A DNA stretch of 64,000 nt from Azolla caroliniana (lineage: Eukaryota; Plantae; Polypodiophyta), in NCBI GenBank assembly GCA_043228905.1, contig JBHGNT010000016.1, positions 1,364,001 to 1,428,000 of the forward strand, in the 5' to 3' direction. Numbering within the stretch: position 1 is the first letter of the stretch; every line of letters begins with the position of its first letter. The notes under the pieces are model-generated. The model searched no databases. It was given only the letters and a program-made list of their open reading frames with translations, and was not told the DNA's origin. The translations under genes and the position numbers were made by a program. Below, one piece after another: positions 27,401 to 39,779 of the stretch.

Positions 27401-30400
27401 AAATAACAATGTCAAAATTCATGTCAGATGTACCATTACGATTCTATTGGATGGAACAAAGGTTCTGATTTCCAAACCATCCATATGGATGACATAATAT
27501 ATATTTACAAGCAACAAGAAGAGTGGAGTTCCATGGTTGAAGACTCTTCAGGATAGTATTCCATTGGTGCACACAGAACAAATCTAACTGTGGAACTCAA
27601 AATAACATGGGAGTCAAAGATTACCAAAATTTGGGACAGGAGGTAGTTCATAGGATCTGTCCAATTTTACAGGCTGCACCAAATTATTACATGAATGTGA
27701 AAAGGTATCTCTGCAAAAAAACAAGGAAAAAGGGGAAACCTCAGTTAAATAAGCTTAATCTTAGACTCCAAAACCAGGCCAACTTTTAAATTAGCTTATT
27801 CAATGAATCACGGAGAAATTATGTATTAGAGACAACAAAAACATTGTACAGATTACACTACCTCAAAAACAGATCTCCAATGTAAATACGAGCCATTGTC
27901 TTCGTTTCTTGCCCATTGATTACAGTTGACTGAGCATGATTTTACAGGATAAGAAACATAAGACCATACAACAATTTACAAGCAATAAAGTTAATGAAAT
28001 AATGCTTGCCCTCATATACTGCAAATTGTGCAGAAGAAATTCCAGCTGAAAATCTGTTTGACATCAAAGTCACAGAGTCAGAGAAAGAATGCTTAGCAAG
28101 ATCTTTGATGCTTAAAAAACTAACCTGCATCTTTGATGCATAAAAAAATATGATCCACAGTCACTGATACAAGAGAACGCCCTGCAGCCTCTTCTCCTGA
28201 CTACAAGAAGATCCCTAGATTAGGCCAGGACTAGGCACATTCATCTCTTATTAAAAATCAAATTGCCACCTGTGAAGCTCTGGGGCCAACATCTGCTCTG
28301 TTCATGCATACATACATTCCAGTCATAAAGCGAAGAAGTGCTCTTAATCCTATAGGCCAGGAACCACGTTATGAAACATTATGGGGCATAACCTTCTGCG
28401 GATATAGATGAGCATATATGACCAACAACTTTACCTGGCTCACTCAATGCAGAACACATTGCCTGTGGTATCTGAACTTGGACTTCAAGTCCAAGTGGAT
28501 TGTTTTGTTCTGTTCTATGCATTGTGATCTGTGGCTTGAAGGAAAATCAAGGTTTGAAATTAGCTTTTCTTTCTTAAATATCCCAGGAAGTGGAATCATT
28601 TTAAGATATTACATGGGCCTTTCCGGAAATGTTGTCAAGAAACCGTTCACCACCAAAAAACATCCTTTTTGCACCATCATCATCAGCTTTTTTAACTTTT
28701 GTATCCATTAATTGCTCATCACTAAACATATCTGGATGAGGAAGTAAGTCTACTGACAAGGACTCCCATTCTAACATCTGAGCGGAAAAATGATTGTGTT
28801 AAGTCATGTAACATGATAAAAGTTATCTGAAAGATGGATGGTTTATGTATGCAACGTTCCCAACCTTAAAGACATAGATGCATTTCTTGTTATTGGAGAA
28901 ATCGCGAGCTTCTTTCAGGTTCACAACCTAGTCATGCCACAGAAAAGAAGATGCCTCAAGGAATCTATAGTAATGAAACATTATAATACCCCTAATAGCA
29001 TGGTCCCATTTTTTAACTGGAAAAATATGAGCTTGCCTGCCAGGCTTCATTCGTAGTGTACAGGATCAAGTTGCGGATTGTTATGGCAGCAAGTGGAGGT
29101 GTCCTTCATTCACAAAAGAATCATCTAACTTCTATGCTTCTCAGAACATATAAAAAAAGAATGAAAATACAGAGGACCCCTATTACCAAGAGGCTCCTTG
29201 ACCTGTCATACCACCACGTGTCTCCAATGATAGGTTCACAGTCCCTACTTGAAATGTCATACCATCTGCAATCTGTATAAAAAGAAAACCATGGGAAAGT
29301 TGTTTTATCTTATCATGGCTTAGGAATGGGTCTTCACTACTACATATGCTAGAGATCTTTCGAAGACAAAACTTACAATATATCTAACTTGAGAATCTCA
29401 CATGTGCTGAAAACCAGATTCCCTTGTCTGTTTTTATCTTATTTACTTTTATATTTATTGAGTAATACTTATTCTATTTTGATTTGTAGTTTTCAAAGAC
29501 GAGGCAGATGTAATCTCTTGTTTGGTCTTATAGGCCATTTTGGCCTCTTAAAAGACATCTGTTTACATTCCTTATACAGAAACCCTTGTAAAATGTGAGG
29601 TCAAATACATCTGTTTTATAAAAAGTATCCTCTCAATTTTTTCCTTAGTTAAATTTATTTTGGTTTGTTGTTCTCAAGACGAGACAATATTTGAAGATGA
29701 AAAGGTACTATATGATATCCCCAGGCAGCCCCCATTCCCTCACCCATATGGCTCATGCCCATGTGAATCCACCTTTTTTACTCCACAAATTGTAAGAATG
29801 CTCCAATTTCTTGCACACATCTTTAATAGAGCTATGTGTAAAGGTTTCCCTACTAGATGAACAGAACATACTATTGTGCCAATCATCAAGAGTGGAGACC
29901 CCATGATGCCGACGAACTATACGACAATCATGAATGGCCATTACTTGCCTAAACTACATGGCTCAATCCTAGAGTCAGAATTAAGTATATGGACAGAGTG
30001 AAATGGTTGCCATTCAGTTTGAAAGGCAGGCTTTCGGAAGGAGTTCATAACTTCGGATCACATATTGACCCTTTGAGCCCTTATTGCGGAGGGTAGAGCT
30101 CATAATAAGAGGGTTTATTACTGCTTTGTGGATTTCTGAAAAGAATCAACAAAGTGCCCCTACAGATATGCAATGGCGAATATATGTACTGTATGAATCC
30201 ATGTCAAGAAAAGTGTGGCCTGCCAATGGTTTGTAGGAGGAGCTTGTGGCTAGCACAATTGGAGTAAAACAAGGATGGTTTACATAAAGAGATTCGGGGG
30301 TTTGCAAGTATAGCCATATAAATATTACTATATGCTGATGATATTGTGCTGATTTCCAACTCTTTGGAGGGACTACAAAGATATCTAAACACCTTACAAG

Positions 30401-33400
30401 CATTTTGCACACACAAAGGTTTGTTGATAAACATGGATAAAACTAAAGTATGGTGTTTAACACAACTCAAGCATGGGTAACAAGATCAGAACTAGAATTC
30501 TTCTTGGGAGAGGAAAAGGTGGCATACATATACTCCTACGCATACCTAGAAGAAGATTCACATGGCCAAGGTTCTACTTACTGGAGGCTGCTTGTGCCTG
30601 ACTTTCTTGTGGATATGTTGCCCTTAGTGCTCTTAAAAGACAATGTGCATATATGTAGTTCCAAGAGCCACAAACTAAACTGTGGCTATTCAATATAATT
30701 GTGACACCATCTCTTCTCTATGGAGTAGAAATGTGGGAACCGAGTCTTAACAAGGCAAATATATGGAAAGATTTAGAGAGATCTTTGGTCTCAATGATTG
30801 CCCACATGATAAGGAGCAACGCATTGGTGTCCCATGATATAATCATCAATAATTATTCTGATCAGTGACTAGTATCCAATGGCATTGGGAGCTTCCTAAA
30901 CAGAGGTACTCGAGGTTGGCACTTATGTTATCAAAACAACTTGCTGAACATGGAGACATTCACTGTTGGTATGCTAAGATGCAACAATGGTTCGAGTCAC
31001 ATGGGGTAAGTGTAAATACACTACTCCCTTTCCAATATAGCTTGAATTGTGCCCATCTAAACATGACCAAAGTGAAAAAGAATAGAGTGATCCGAACTAA
31101 TATTATTAACTTGGAAAACAAGATAGCATGGATCAGCCCCAAATATCACTTGATAGAAAGATGGCCCACTATAAGACACCTTTTACACGTGTCAGAGGAT
31201 GGATTCATCATCAATCCATCTTATATGAACATACTTCTATCCTATGCTTTGTCCAGTGTGGACATACATACTTAAGTTCATAAACAAAGAAAAAACACAA
31301 CTTTCTTTAGCCCCATTGGTCCTACTCATGCTACAAGTCAATAAAGGTTACACAAATGGGCTCATGACCAGCACATAACAACGGGGTTACAATAGATTGA
31401 GCAATAGCAATTTGCCACGACGTGCATGTAGGTCCCGGCCTCATAGACCACATTCTTATGACCCGTGTCGTCAACAAATAAAGGCTATCATCTCCCACCA
31501 TTACAGGCCTCACTTTGGAGACCTCTCCATTCTGGATTGACCTATGCTAGAGATCTTTTGAAGATGAAAATTACAATCTATCTGGCTTGAGAATCTTACA
31601 TGTATCGATAACAAGACTCTTTTTATCTTATTTACTTCTTCTTCTTTTACATGATAACATTTATTTTGGTTTGTTGTTCCCAAAGATGAGACAACACTTG
31701 AGAATTAATCTCTTGTTTGGTCTTATAGAAAATTTTGGCCTCTTAGTAGACGTTAAAATAACTTTCTTTCTTTCTTTGTCTGACTTGAGGATATTACTTG
31801 TATAGACAATCTTGGATTCTTTAGTGCTTATATTTTTTATATCAGTTATATTAGATTTGGTTTCTTCATCTTCCCATGGAGATGCTTGAGAATGCATCTT
31901 GCCCTCTAAAGCTACTATAATTCCTCAGTTTATTTATATAAGAGGCCCATGTCAGGCAGCTCCGCTCCTTTGTGTTTATATATTGTCTCTTTCCAATGTT
32001 TAGTACAAAATATAAACATGAGTTATTAGACAAGAACATGAATTCACATTTGATGAGAACCTAGTAGGGTGCCCAAAATCATATGTATATCTAGGAAGCA
32101 AGTTTAAGACTGACAATTCTAAATGATAAAGGCAGCATAGGAAATATTCAAACATGGCTTTGCTGCCTCAGGATCCCTAGACTTGTTACCATGTACAATT
32201 TTACCACAACACTCCTCTATGGGGCGCCCATGTGGGAAATGCTTTTGTACCATATGAAGAGGGAACCACTGACTGGATATGATGGGCCTGAAAGGATGTT
32301 ACACATGTTCTATCAGTTTTTCATAAGTTCATACAGCCTTCTACATAGCCTATATATATCCATAAGTGTAGCATCTCTTAGGCAAATCTTGTATTTCTAT
32401 CCTCCAACTCATGTTCCTCTTAAGTACATACCTTCCTTTCATTTTGTATGCCTACCTAGCCTTTTCTAGGTTTAAAATTAACAGACATCATATAAATAGA
32501 GAACCTTGTCAGCAAATCCATAACTAGTGCTTTTTGTTGTCGTTGATGTGCTGGAAGTGTTTGTGGATCTGCAAAATTCAAATTGTAAATCTCAGTTTGC
32601 ATATTTAATCTTAGGAAAATGACCTTTTGTTTATTTATACCAAGCATAAGACTGTCACAAGCCAGTTTTGTGTTATGAAATTCATATAGGTTGACAAAAT
32701 GGCCTTACATTTGTACATCTGGCTCAAAAACCGATTTCTCCACAAGCACAATGTCCAATTTGTCAACTTGTACTACAACAGGCTCCGTCTGTACATTAGA
32801 AAATGGTGGGACCTGCAGAAGAAAACAACCATGTCATGCTCAACAATTATGAAATGAAGTGAGACCACAAGTTTGCATCCTCTGAATCTTCTTATATAAT
32901 GTTTGTGAGTTCAGACCATGATCATATCAGAGGATATCTAATTTCCACATCTTCTAAGTTTTGATAGCAAGAAAAAAGAAGACATAAGAATTTTTACTTA
33001 TCTATGAAGCTAAATTATGACCCTATAATGACTAACCAAATACTTTTACGTACCTTGAGTTCCAATTTGCCAACCCTTGCTTGTAAAACAAGCAAAGTTG
33101 ACGGTAAACCAATGCTAGCATGTAGAACCTCTCCGTTGATATCTGTAAAACATTCATGGAATAGAATTAGCATTCACACATGCGCTCCATAAATGTGGAA
33201 ATTTTTATACATTCATATCAACAAACTGATTTCCCAAAAGAATTTCATTTTTTTTCATGCACTTGCTGTATAGAATGCAAATGCATGAGAAGTTGTTCAT
33301 TTCACGTAATTCGGTCATTTATGTGTTTTTCATAACACATTTCATGTCGTGCCACATAAAGATGGATTACCTATAATCAGTTGAATTCCTAATTCATGAC

Positions 33401-36247
33401 AACAACTTTCACACGACAGCATTAAACGGGGAAATCATCCATCTAGGAAGAACAAGATGTGGTTCCCAAAGACTGGTTTGATACCAGTGTTTTTCCTTCC
33501 CTGAATATAGGCCGGGCCCCATGGACCACGACCACAACACCCTTGTCAACGATAGATAAAGGCCATTATCTCCCACCATCGCAGGTGCTTCCCTCGCTTC
33601 AAAGACCTCTCCATTCTGGATCAACCTATGGTAGAGATCTTTCGAAGACAAAAGTTACAATATATCTAATTTGAGAATCTCACATGTGCCGAAAACCAGA
33701 TTCCCTCCTCTGTTTTTATCTTATTTACTTTTATATTTACCGAGTAATACTTATTCTATTTTGATTTGTTGTTCTCAAAGACGAGACAACTCTTAAGATG
33801 TAATCTCTTGTTTGTTCTTATAGGCCATTTTGGCCTCTTAAAAGACGTTAATATATCTTTCTTTCTTTCTATACTCTAGTGTTTTCAGAGCATGCATGGT
33901 CATTCTGGGTCTGTGTGTGTTAAGGATAATGGTTATAAATTAATGAAACCTAAAATAAAGAAAACACCTAAGTGCCAAAACATGAAAATACACACAAACA
34001 ACCATTAAGCACTCACACTAAGTAATAGAACAGTTTCTATTGCGATCGATTAAAGAAAGCACCAATAAATAATGGTAGAATAATAGGAATAGACTTAACA
34101 GTGACCAAATTAGAACAAAACTTATGAAAATCATAAATAGACCAGCAAAGTTTAGCATGGACGGAAAAGTACATGCGAAAGTAGACTTGAAACATGACCC
34201 CAAGGACTCTCCTCATGTACCCTTTGAACTTTTCCCTACATGCACAACCAATTTCTATTACCGGATCTAGTGTAAACCCTCTAGTATGTCCTGGTCAAGA
34301 GCCCATGTGTGTAGGCCTTGATTGACTTGTAGCATGCATAGGAGTGATGAGGCTAGAGAAAATTGTGATTGTTCTTTGTGGATGAGCTTGTGTGGCTGTA
34401 CTGTTGTCCTTCAATAACTTTTCCTTGTGTCTCTTGAGATCTAGCAAAAAAAGTCCTAGGCACCGTTGGTCCTCATATTCCATTACCTAGCCAAAGCGTA
34501 ACTTAAAGAGGCAATGGTATCTCCCTCTTATTTCTTTAAAAAAAATACAATGACAAACAGTGTTCTTTAGATTCCACACTCTTGATGACACAATAGGTTT
34601 TTGTGCATGTTTGCCTACTCAATCTCTAACTGATGTGATGAAGTTTGCAGCTGCCCTATCACACAAAGCAGTGCAAAGGATAGATGCATGTCCATATAAG
34701 AGTTCCCATCCATGTTCAGCAAGTTGTTTTGGTATTGAACCCTTTTAGAGGGGGGGAAAAACCATAAATCGAGAATCTACTGCTGCTTTGTGGATTTCCA
34801 TAAAGGCTTCAACATTGTGTCGTGTGCTTACCTCTTGACAACAACTAGAAGACCTTGGAGTCCTAGTAGATATGCAGAATGGGACCTATGCACCATATGA
34901 ATAAATGTTAGGAAAAATGTGCACTCCTATTGGGTAGTTGGAGGTCATGGCTAGCACAATTAGAGTAGAACAATGATGCTCACTTTGAGACACTCTCTAC
35001 AGTCTTTATATAGATAAGATCTAAAGACAAATAGATTGGGCGGTTCAAGAGCAAGTTTAGCAAGGGTTTCTATACCTATTGTTAAGGGAAATAGTGTATA
35101 TTCTTTAAGCTTTAACAACCTTATAGTGCTCAATATTGCTCATTTAAAATAATGGTTATAGGCCAAATATATGTCAGAAACATGGGCATATTATCATTTG
35201 TGGGGAACTACTCTTTATTAAGTAGGAATGGTTAATGGTCAACGGGCTTGTAAAGTGAAAGGAACCCTTAAGGGTTTCCAACTTGATTAAAAGGGCAAGA
35301 GCTCTAATGTAAGAGAGGCCCTCAAGTGCCCCAACGTTGGAGCTACCTTTTGGTCCTCATTCTCTCCCATTTGCATCCACTGAGAGTCACTTTCCTCAAT
35401 GCAGCATTTCCACACTAACTAATCAAGATATACATATTTCAAACTTAGTAATTATCTACTTCATTGAAACACCTTAGACATCTCTTATGTCGTAACTATC
35501 TATTTAATTAAAACAATCATATTTCTTAATTAGTGTAATGACTAGTTGCGTTAATTTTATGTTAAGAAGCCTTTGAAGCTTTGAAGGTTGCATGGATTGG
35601 AGACATAAGTTCTTTTATGTGTTGATGTATAATGTGGTCTTTGTTATTGGGGAGTGACACCCCCCAAACCCTCAGTTAGCCCACTAATAGGAAGGCGGCC
35701 CCTCGAGACTCGATAGTGACCCTTGGAAGTGTAACATTCCAAGGTATGATTCGTGTTGCCCCCTTGGGAAAACATTCACCAATATTACTATACCCCAATG
35801 TCATTGTATTGATATTTGACATTTAATTGCTTTAAAGTGATTTTGTATAGAGAAGGATTTGTCGGCCAACCTTGATAAAACTAAAGCGATGGTGTTTAAT
35901 ACCACTCAAGCATGGGTAACAAGATCAAAACCACATCAATAGATAGATAGATATTGTTTAGCATCCATAAAGAGCCCAATATTGACCCATGGAACCTGAG
36001 TACACAAGTATTATTGATGTTTGTCTCCTTCCAATAACAAGATTCTTGAGAATATATCCAACTTGAGAATGCCAATAATAAGATTCTTTAGTCTCTTTCT
36101 ACCTTATTTACTTTTATGTTTACTTACTAGCATTTATTTTATTTTGATTTGTTGTTCTCAAAGACAAGACAACAGTTAAGATGTAATCTCTTATTTGGTC
36201 TTATAGGCCATTTTGGCCTCTTAAAATATGTATATATGTATGTATGT

Positions 36248-36285
<38 letters not shown>

Positions 36286-38715
36286 TCCTAAGAAGGGATA
36301 TTCATATTTTGAAGCACGTAGTCTCTATTTGTCAGAAGGGTGTAGCACCCAGACTTCCACGAAGGTCACCCATTCCAATATTGTTTAGGCCCAAGCGCGC
36401 TTAATTGTGGGGTTCTGATGGGATCCAATGCATTAGCTCCATTTGTTAGAAGGGTGTAGCACCCGGACTTCCACGAAGGTCACCCATTCCAATATTGTTT
36501 AGGCCCAAGCACGCTTAATTGTGGAGTTCTGATGGGATCTAATGCATTAGCACTGGTATTGGGAGAAAAGGTGACATACACACCATTCTACTAATATTTA
36601 GGAGTAACATTCACAGAGGCTCGGTTCTCCTTACAAAGGCTGCTTGTGCTCATATTTCTTGGGGATATGCAGCCCTTGGTGCACACATCAGTTCTAAGAA
36701 AAAGAGCTAAATTATAAATGTTTGATACACTTGTAACACCAACTCTCCTATACAGAGTACAACTTTGGGAACCAAGCTGCCATAGGGCTTATAACTAGAT
36801 AAATTGAACCACATGGTAAGGAGCAATGCATTGGTACTAAGTGATAATCCGGCTGGAGAGGGGAACAGCCCCAACAGTAGCCAAGGCATTATTCTGATAA
36901 ATGACTGGTATCCAATGGAGTTGGGCACTACCTGACCAAGGTACGCAAGGTTGACACTTAGGTCATCAAAACAGTTGGCTGAAAATGGAGATAATCATTG
37001 TTGGTATGCTGAAATGCAAGAATGGTTCTGGTCACATGGCATTACTGTAAACATAGACTCTGATTCAAATATAGCTTGGATTTTCCACACCAAAACATGA
37101 CAAGTGGAAAAGAATAGAATGATCCAGGTTGATATCATTAAATTGTATCATGAATCAAATGCAAAATAAGCAGCAAAGCAATCATATGATAAATAAAGGT
37201 TGGATATTTCACATGCTAGTAGCCTAATTCCTATTCGGGGAGGAGGTATGGGGAGGATATCCAAAGCATAATGAAAATGTCTTTGAGAAAGTGTAAATAA
37301 TACTTTGATCATGACACCCAATGATCAGAATGACCACCCCTTACTCGATGAGGCCAATTGAGATCAAATCCACCTTGTATGGATGCGTGATCAAGGTGAA
37401 TGCAATACCAGCATCAGATACCACTATATGCATGGCATTCTAGCTAGAAACTACAGAAAACAAACAAAAGTCAAATTCTCTCATCCACTTGGGCACATGA
37501 CATCCAAAACTGTTCAAGAAGTGGTGCATGGATGACCGACTAGATATTATTTGTAATAAATATGGGTGTTGTAGACTTTAAGCTCTATCCTGTCAACATC
37601 ATAAAAGCCACACGAGAAGCAGGAGAAACAAGCAATGGATTGGAACAGATCTGCCAATTGCACGAACACAGGGTGTAATTGCAAGAACACTATGCTTGTC
37701 ATCATGCCATTTTCTATGAAATAAGGAGATAACCCTAACCCTTCAAACAAGACACAGAGAGAGAGAGAGAGGAGTTAATATATCTTCTTTCTTTCTCATA
37801 AGCCTAGAGCACGAGGACACTTACCAGGAGACATCTGAATGCATCCAACATCATCGTCCCCAACCATCCACAATGAGATGGAAGATAATTATCTTACGAG
37901 CCAATAGCCATGACCTTGCCATTGAGAGTAGAATTTGAAGGAAAATATTTTTCTCTAATCCAAGGTATACTAATTAACTCATCTGAGAAGAAGAAACCTA
38001 CACCATCATAGCTGTTCCCAATAGTTAACTACAGCAAATTAATCTATGTGTTTCTGTGTTTGCATTCACAAGAGGTTAAATAATTTCCCAAGGGGATCGT
38101 GTCCCAAGATGGTCGTTATGTGGCAAGCGGGCTTGCTCTTTATATTTATTGCATGTATGTTAAAAGTGCATATCTGTGTATGTCCTTGTACACGAGAAGG
38201 ATGCCATGGCCTGAGATCAAGGATGAAGAAAATTTCACACTAAACTAGAAAGTGCTGTATATGCCAACATAAGGATGGAATCCCCTCTAATCATCACAGA
38301 TTTCCAGAACAGACTCCAGGAACTCCTCACAAAAAGCAAGCTGAAACTTTGTCTTCAAGGAACCCTATCTATAGACGATCACTGATGAAGCACGCCTCCC
38401 TCTGACCCATCAGTGAAGAAGTCTACCATTTCAGTGTTTTTTCTTAATCAAGGTCTTAAAGAGCATATATATTTTTGGCGTCTCCTTCAAGGATGAAAAT
38501 ATATCATCACCATCATCTCTAGGACAATAATACGTCGTCATCATCATTGTTTCTCTCTCAACACACATATGCTGCATTATTGAAAGCAAAACGTAGAGCA
38601 TACCTAAATTGCATAGCTCAACTGTACGTCCCTTAAGCTTGAATTGATCCCTAGTGAATGACTTGAGCCAATATTTCAACTTGGATTCTAGAGCCCTCGC
38701 GAGAAGGGACTCCAT
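13979..38715 (-). CDS. BLTP3: Chorein-N / BLTP3 (UHRF1BP1/SHIP164)-like bridge lipid-transfer protein, 20 coding exons, about 1207 aa
   Basis: N-terminus MESLLARALESKLKYWLKSFTRDQFKL resembles the plant family of Arabidopsis At3g20720 (from memory). Exons: 38604-38715, 33054-33142, 32709-32812, 32505-32568, 29187-29272, 29037-29103, 28865-28927, 28613-28777, 28435-28528, 28270-28349, 28125-28200, 28010-28053, 27862-27929, 27625-27710, 21348-21505, 19925-21254, 19592-19845, 15177-15401, 14920-15076, 13979-14280. Phases are compatible and the total is 3624 nt. Confidence 0.9.
16250..19330 (-). mobile_element. Cluster of decayed RTE/RTEX-like LINE copies in intron 17
   Basis: YTYLGVTF, SSHQLQIEVGRY...EERICQLC..VESEEH; family 3' end with (TTTC)n tail at about 16250 and 16580-16625. 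Confidence 0.75.
17655..18130. mobile_element. AACCG-rich non-autonomous DNA-transposon fragment with a 24-bp minisatellite
   Basis: aaccgaaccg/cggtttggttt arrays at 17670-17840; about six copies of atgatgatcaaatttatgataagt at 17970-18118. Confidence 0.55.
19592..21505 (-). CDS. BLTP3-like exons 15-17 (21348-21505, 19925-21254, 19592-19845)
   Basis: Large exon lies inside ORF 19881-21308 (EESCLRLASFLADGIVV...EALLHRFGVLGPDGGPG); exon 17 IPDELDVNIQLRDWIFALE. Confidence 0.92.
21925..23150 (-). mobile_element. Two RTE/RTEX-like LINE remnants in intron 14
   Basis: Family 3'-end motif at about 21930 and 22180; degenerate ORF pieces (KMAHYK, EVGRY). Confidence 0.7.
23872..24110 (+). repeat. tRNA-headed repeat (SINE or LTR-like), copy 1
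   Basis: A-box-like tagcctagtga 23879, B-box-like agttcaaatct 23922; body homologous to 25790-26447 in inverse orientation. Confidence 0.55.
24128..24480 (+). mobile_element. RTE/RTEX-like LINE 3' fragment
   Basis: ...ttataggccattttggcctcttaaaagacgttaatatat followed by a (TTTC)-like tail. Confidence 0.8.
25790..26447 (-). repeat. tRNA-headed repeat, copy 2, carrying an RTEX-like 3' fragment (25886-26230)
   Basis: Minus-strand TGGCCCAGTGG (26440-26430) and AGTTCAAATGT (26396-26386), then CTATAAAAGG; homologous to 23872-24110. Confidence 0.6.
26450..27420 (-). mobile_element. RTE/RTEX-like LINE remnant (RT piece + C-terminal finger)
   Basis: QPGFQKGFTTFDHMLTLRGLI...CFVDF; SSHQLEIEVGRY..EERICQLC. 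Confidence 0.78.
27625..29272 (-). CDS. BLTP3-like exons 5-14 (cluster of ten short exons)
   Basis: IADGMTFQV, AITIRNLILYTTNE, VVNLKEARDFS, LEWESLSVDLLPHPDMF, FFGGERFLD, GLRALLRFMTGMY, AAGRSLVSV, DFQLEFLL; phase-consistent splice sites. Confidence 0.88.
29345..31780 (+). mobile_element. RTE/RTEX-like LINE: short 3' fragment plus a longer decayed copy (about 29700-31780) in intron 4
   Basis: RT motifs NYTTIM, GFRK..DHILTLR, CFVDF, GVKQG, LLYADD; 3' hairpin motif and (TTTC)n tail at about 31720-31778. Confidence 0.8.
32505..33142 (-). CDS. BLTP3-like exons 2-4 (33054-33142, 32709-32812, 32505-32568)
   Basis: DINGEVLHASIGLP..., VPPFSNVQTEPVVVQVDKLD..., ...SYGFADK; AG/GT boundaries. Confidence 0.88.
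33508..33870 (+). mobile_element. RTE/RTEX-like LINE 3' fragment
   Basis: Closely similar to 24128-24480; ends gacgttaatatat(cttt)n. Confidence 0.82.
35080..35778. repeat. Putative solo LTR (about 700 bp)
   Basis: TG...CA ends flanked by CCTAT/CCAAT (4/5 TSD); removing it rejoins the RT motif IPILLY of the host LINE. Confidence 0.6.
36338..36559 (-). pseudogene. Two tandem 5S rRNA-derived sequences (36338-36437, 36452-36559)
   Basis: Minus strand ATACCAGTGCTAATGCA..GATCCCATCAGAACTCC..TTAAGCGTGCTTGGGC...GGGTGACC...GAAGTCC..GTG...CACCC matches plant 5S rRNA; 114-bp period; 5' ends missing and no T4 terminator. Confidence 0.88.
38604..38715 (-). CDS. BLTP3-like coding exon 1 (chorein-N start)
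   Basis: ATG at 38715, MESLLARALE...VELCNL, GT donor at 38603. Confidence 0.9.
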
Positions 38716-39779
38716 TGCTTTTGATACAGACCCTTCTCAATCAATCAATCACATCCTCTGGGTAAGATCACGAAACACAGATTTGCTGCCATATGCTTGC
38801 CATGTAAATCTCTTCAATAGATCTCGAATTTTTTCCAAAAGAGATCCGATATTAATTCTAGAAGGATACATTCTTCAACATCTTGAACGGACACATTTGC
38901 TTTCTCAATACAAAGAAGAATGCTGTCTCCTCAATAGATCTTTGGGTGCTGTAGAGGTTTTAGGTGCTTTCGATTTTCTGAGACCTGCTTGTACTTTAAT
39001 GCAACAATTATCTGCTAACCCATCTACAGTATTTGAACTAAATTGCAGGTTGTATCCTAAAGCACATTGTTTTTGTGAAAATTCATCAGAGAGATTGACG
39101 CTACAGATTCAATCGACAGCTTGACTGCTCTCCAGATAATCCACGCCAGGTCAAAAAAAAATCGAGAAAAATTACCAGAGAATTTCAAGTATCTGGTACA
39201 GGTTCAATGGGAAAGCTTCAGGTAGAATTATGTTCACATTATCGGCGCAACACAAAACAGTGTTCTGAAAAGTCGCCAGAAGAGATTAATCTAGGACAGG
39301 TGCAATGGAGAAGTTCGAATTGGCTTCTGTTCAGATCATTCATGCAAAAAATGAAAGATTTTAAATGCTGCATTCTCTGCTGAAAATCTACCAAACCAGA
39401 ATTGAATGGAATTCTTACAAGAACGTGCATAACTTTCTCAGAAAGACAATATAAGTTGTTGCATTCCAATGGTGAGAATCTGGCGAGAGAATTTGAATCT
39501 CCAAGGTTCAATGGGGAGATCTATAAAAGATCGGCTTCTGCAATTCAGCAGAGCTACAAAAAACATCCTTGACGAGATTTCACCAGAGAAACTGCGGGAG
39601 ATTAATGGGAAGGAATGGAGCCACAGCAAGATAAACCAGATCATCCACGCAAAGAAAGCTGGAGCTGAAGCAGCAGCGTTAAATGGAAGGCTTTTCTTCT
39701 TTCTGGGTCGACTGCCGATCGATCTCCTGCGCAAAAAGCGAGTGCTGATTCCCTTTTTACCCTCCACGTTTATCTTGGC

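Larger units (their letters stand above)
34240..37145. mobile_element. Nest of RTE/RTEX-like remnants in intron 1, hosting a solo LTR and the 5S doublet
   Basis: Minus piece 34240-34740 (MEYEDQRCLGLFLL); plus-strand copy split into 34740-35079, 35779-35935 and 36559-37145, collinear with 30100-31110. Confidence 0.65.

Noticed and set aside
36338-36559. Functional 5S rDNA array
   Set aside because: Only two truncated, diverged copies with no spacer or terminator.
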